From Eledone cirrhosa (Eukaryota), in the NCBI GenBank assembly GCA_964016885.1, contig OZ024741.1, positions 296,174,001 through 296,238,000 of the forward strand: a stretch of DNA of 64,000 bases, written 5' to 3'. Shown here piece after piece: positions 63,709-64,000 of this stretch; the first letter of the stretch is position 1; each line of letters begins with the position of its first letter. A program made the translations under genes and the position numbers. A model generated the notes under the pieces. It was not told where the DNA came from. It searched no databases and saw only the letters and a list, made by a program, of their open reading frames with translations.

Positions 63709-64000
63709 CAATATAAACAGTTTTATAGATAAATAGATTCGACATACCGTAACAACACCGACTTGCATTTGGAGAGGTTGAGCTGGCAGTGAAAAAATTT
63801 TACACAGAGAGAAAGAAAGAGAGAAAGAAGAAAGAAAGACAGAAAACGAAGAAAAGGAAGAAAAAGAAGAAATGCATGGAACAAAGTAGAGAGATGGAGA
63901 GATAGATAAGGAGAAGAGCTTCATGTAAAGAAACAGAAAGGGATATATATATATAGAGAGAGAGGAAATAGAGATAGATACATATATATATAGAAAATTA

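Overview
This is repeat-saturated animal genomic DNA. The SINE types and the (TA)n/(CA)n/(ACC)n load suggest a mollusc, most likely an octopus, but that assignment is inference. No host protein-coding gene can be supported. The window holds: a near-full-length but dead Tx1/L1-type LINE plus fragments of the same family; a 5'-truncated Penelope-like element (PLE; RT + GIY-YIG) with a 1.2 kb inverted 3' duplication; CRE- and RTE-clade LINE fragments; two non-autonomous Helitron-like elements; a solo LTR; mariner remnants; tRNA-derived SINEs; and several satellites (about 47, 466, 36 and 71 bp units). The main signal is a hammerhead-ribozyme (HHR) system. A near-perfect 8.5 x 466 bp array (32712-36664) carries one minimal type I HHR per unit on the minus strand. 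One end of the array lies 3 nt from the predicted cleavage site and the other abuts (TA)n. A diverged 1.2-unit relative at 28138-28650 keeps the same HHR core, an octamer motif and compensatory stem changes. This looks like a retrozyme (circRNA-forming, probably PLE-mobilised) family lying beside a PLE. Several more HHR-bearing fold-back PLE remnants sit in (TA)n tracts. All ribozyme folds were derived by eye and are untested.
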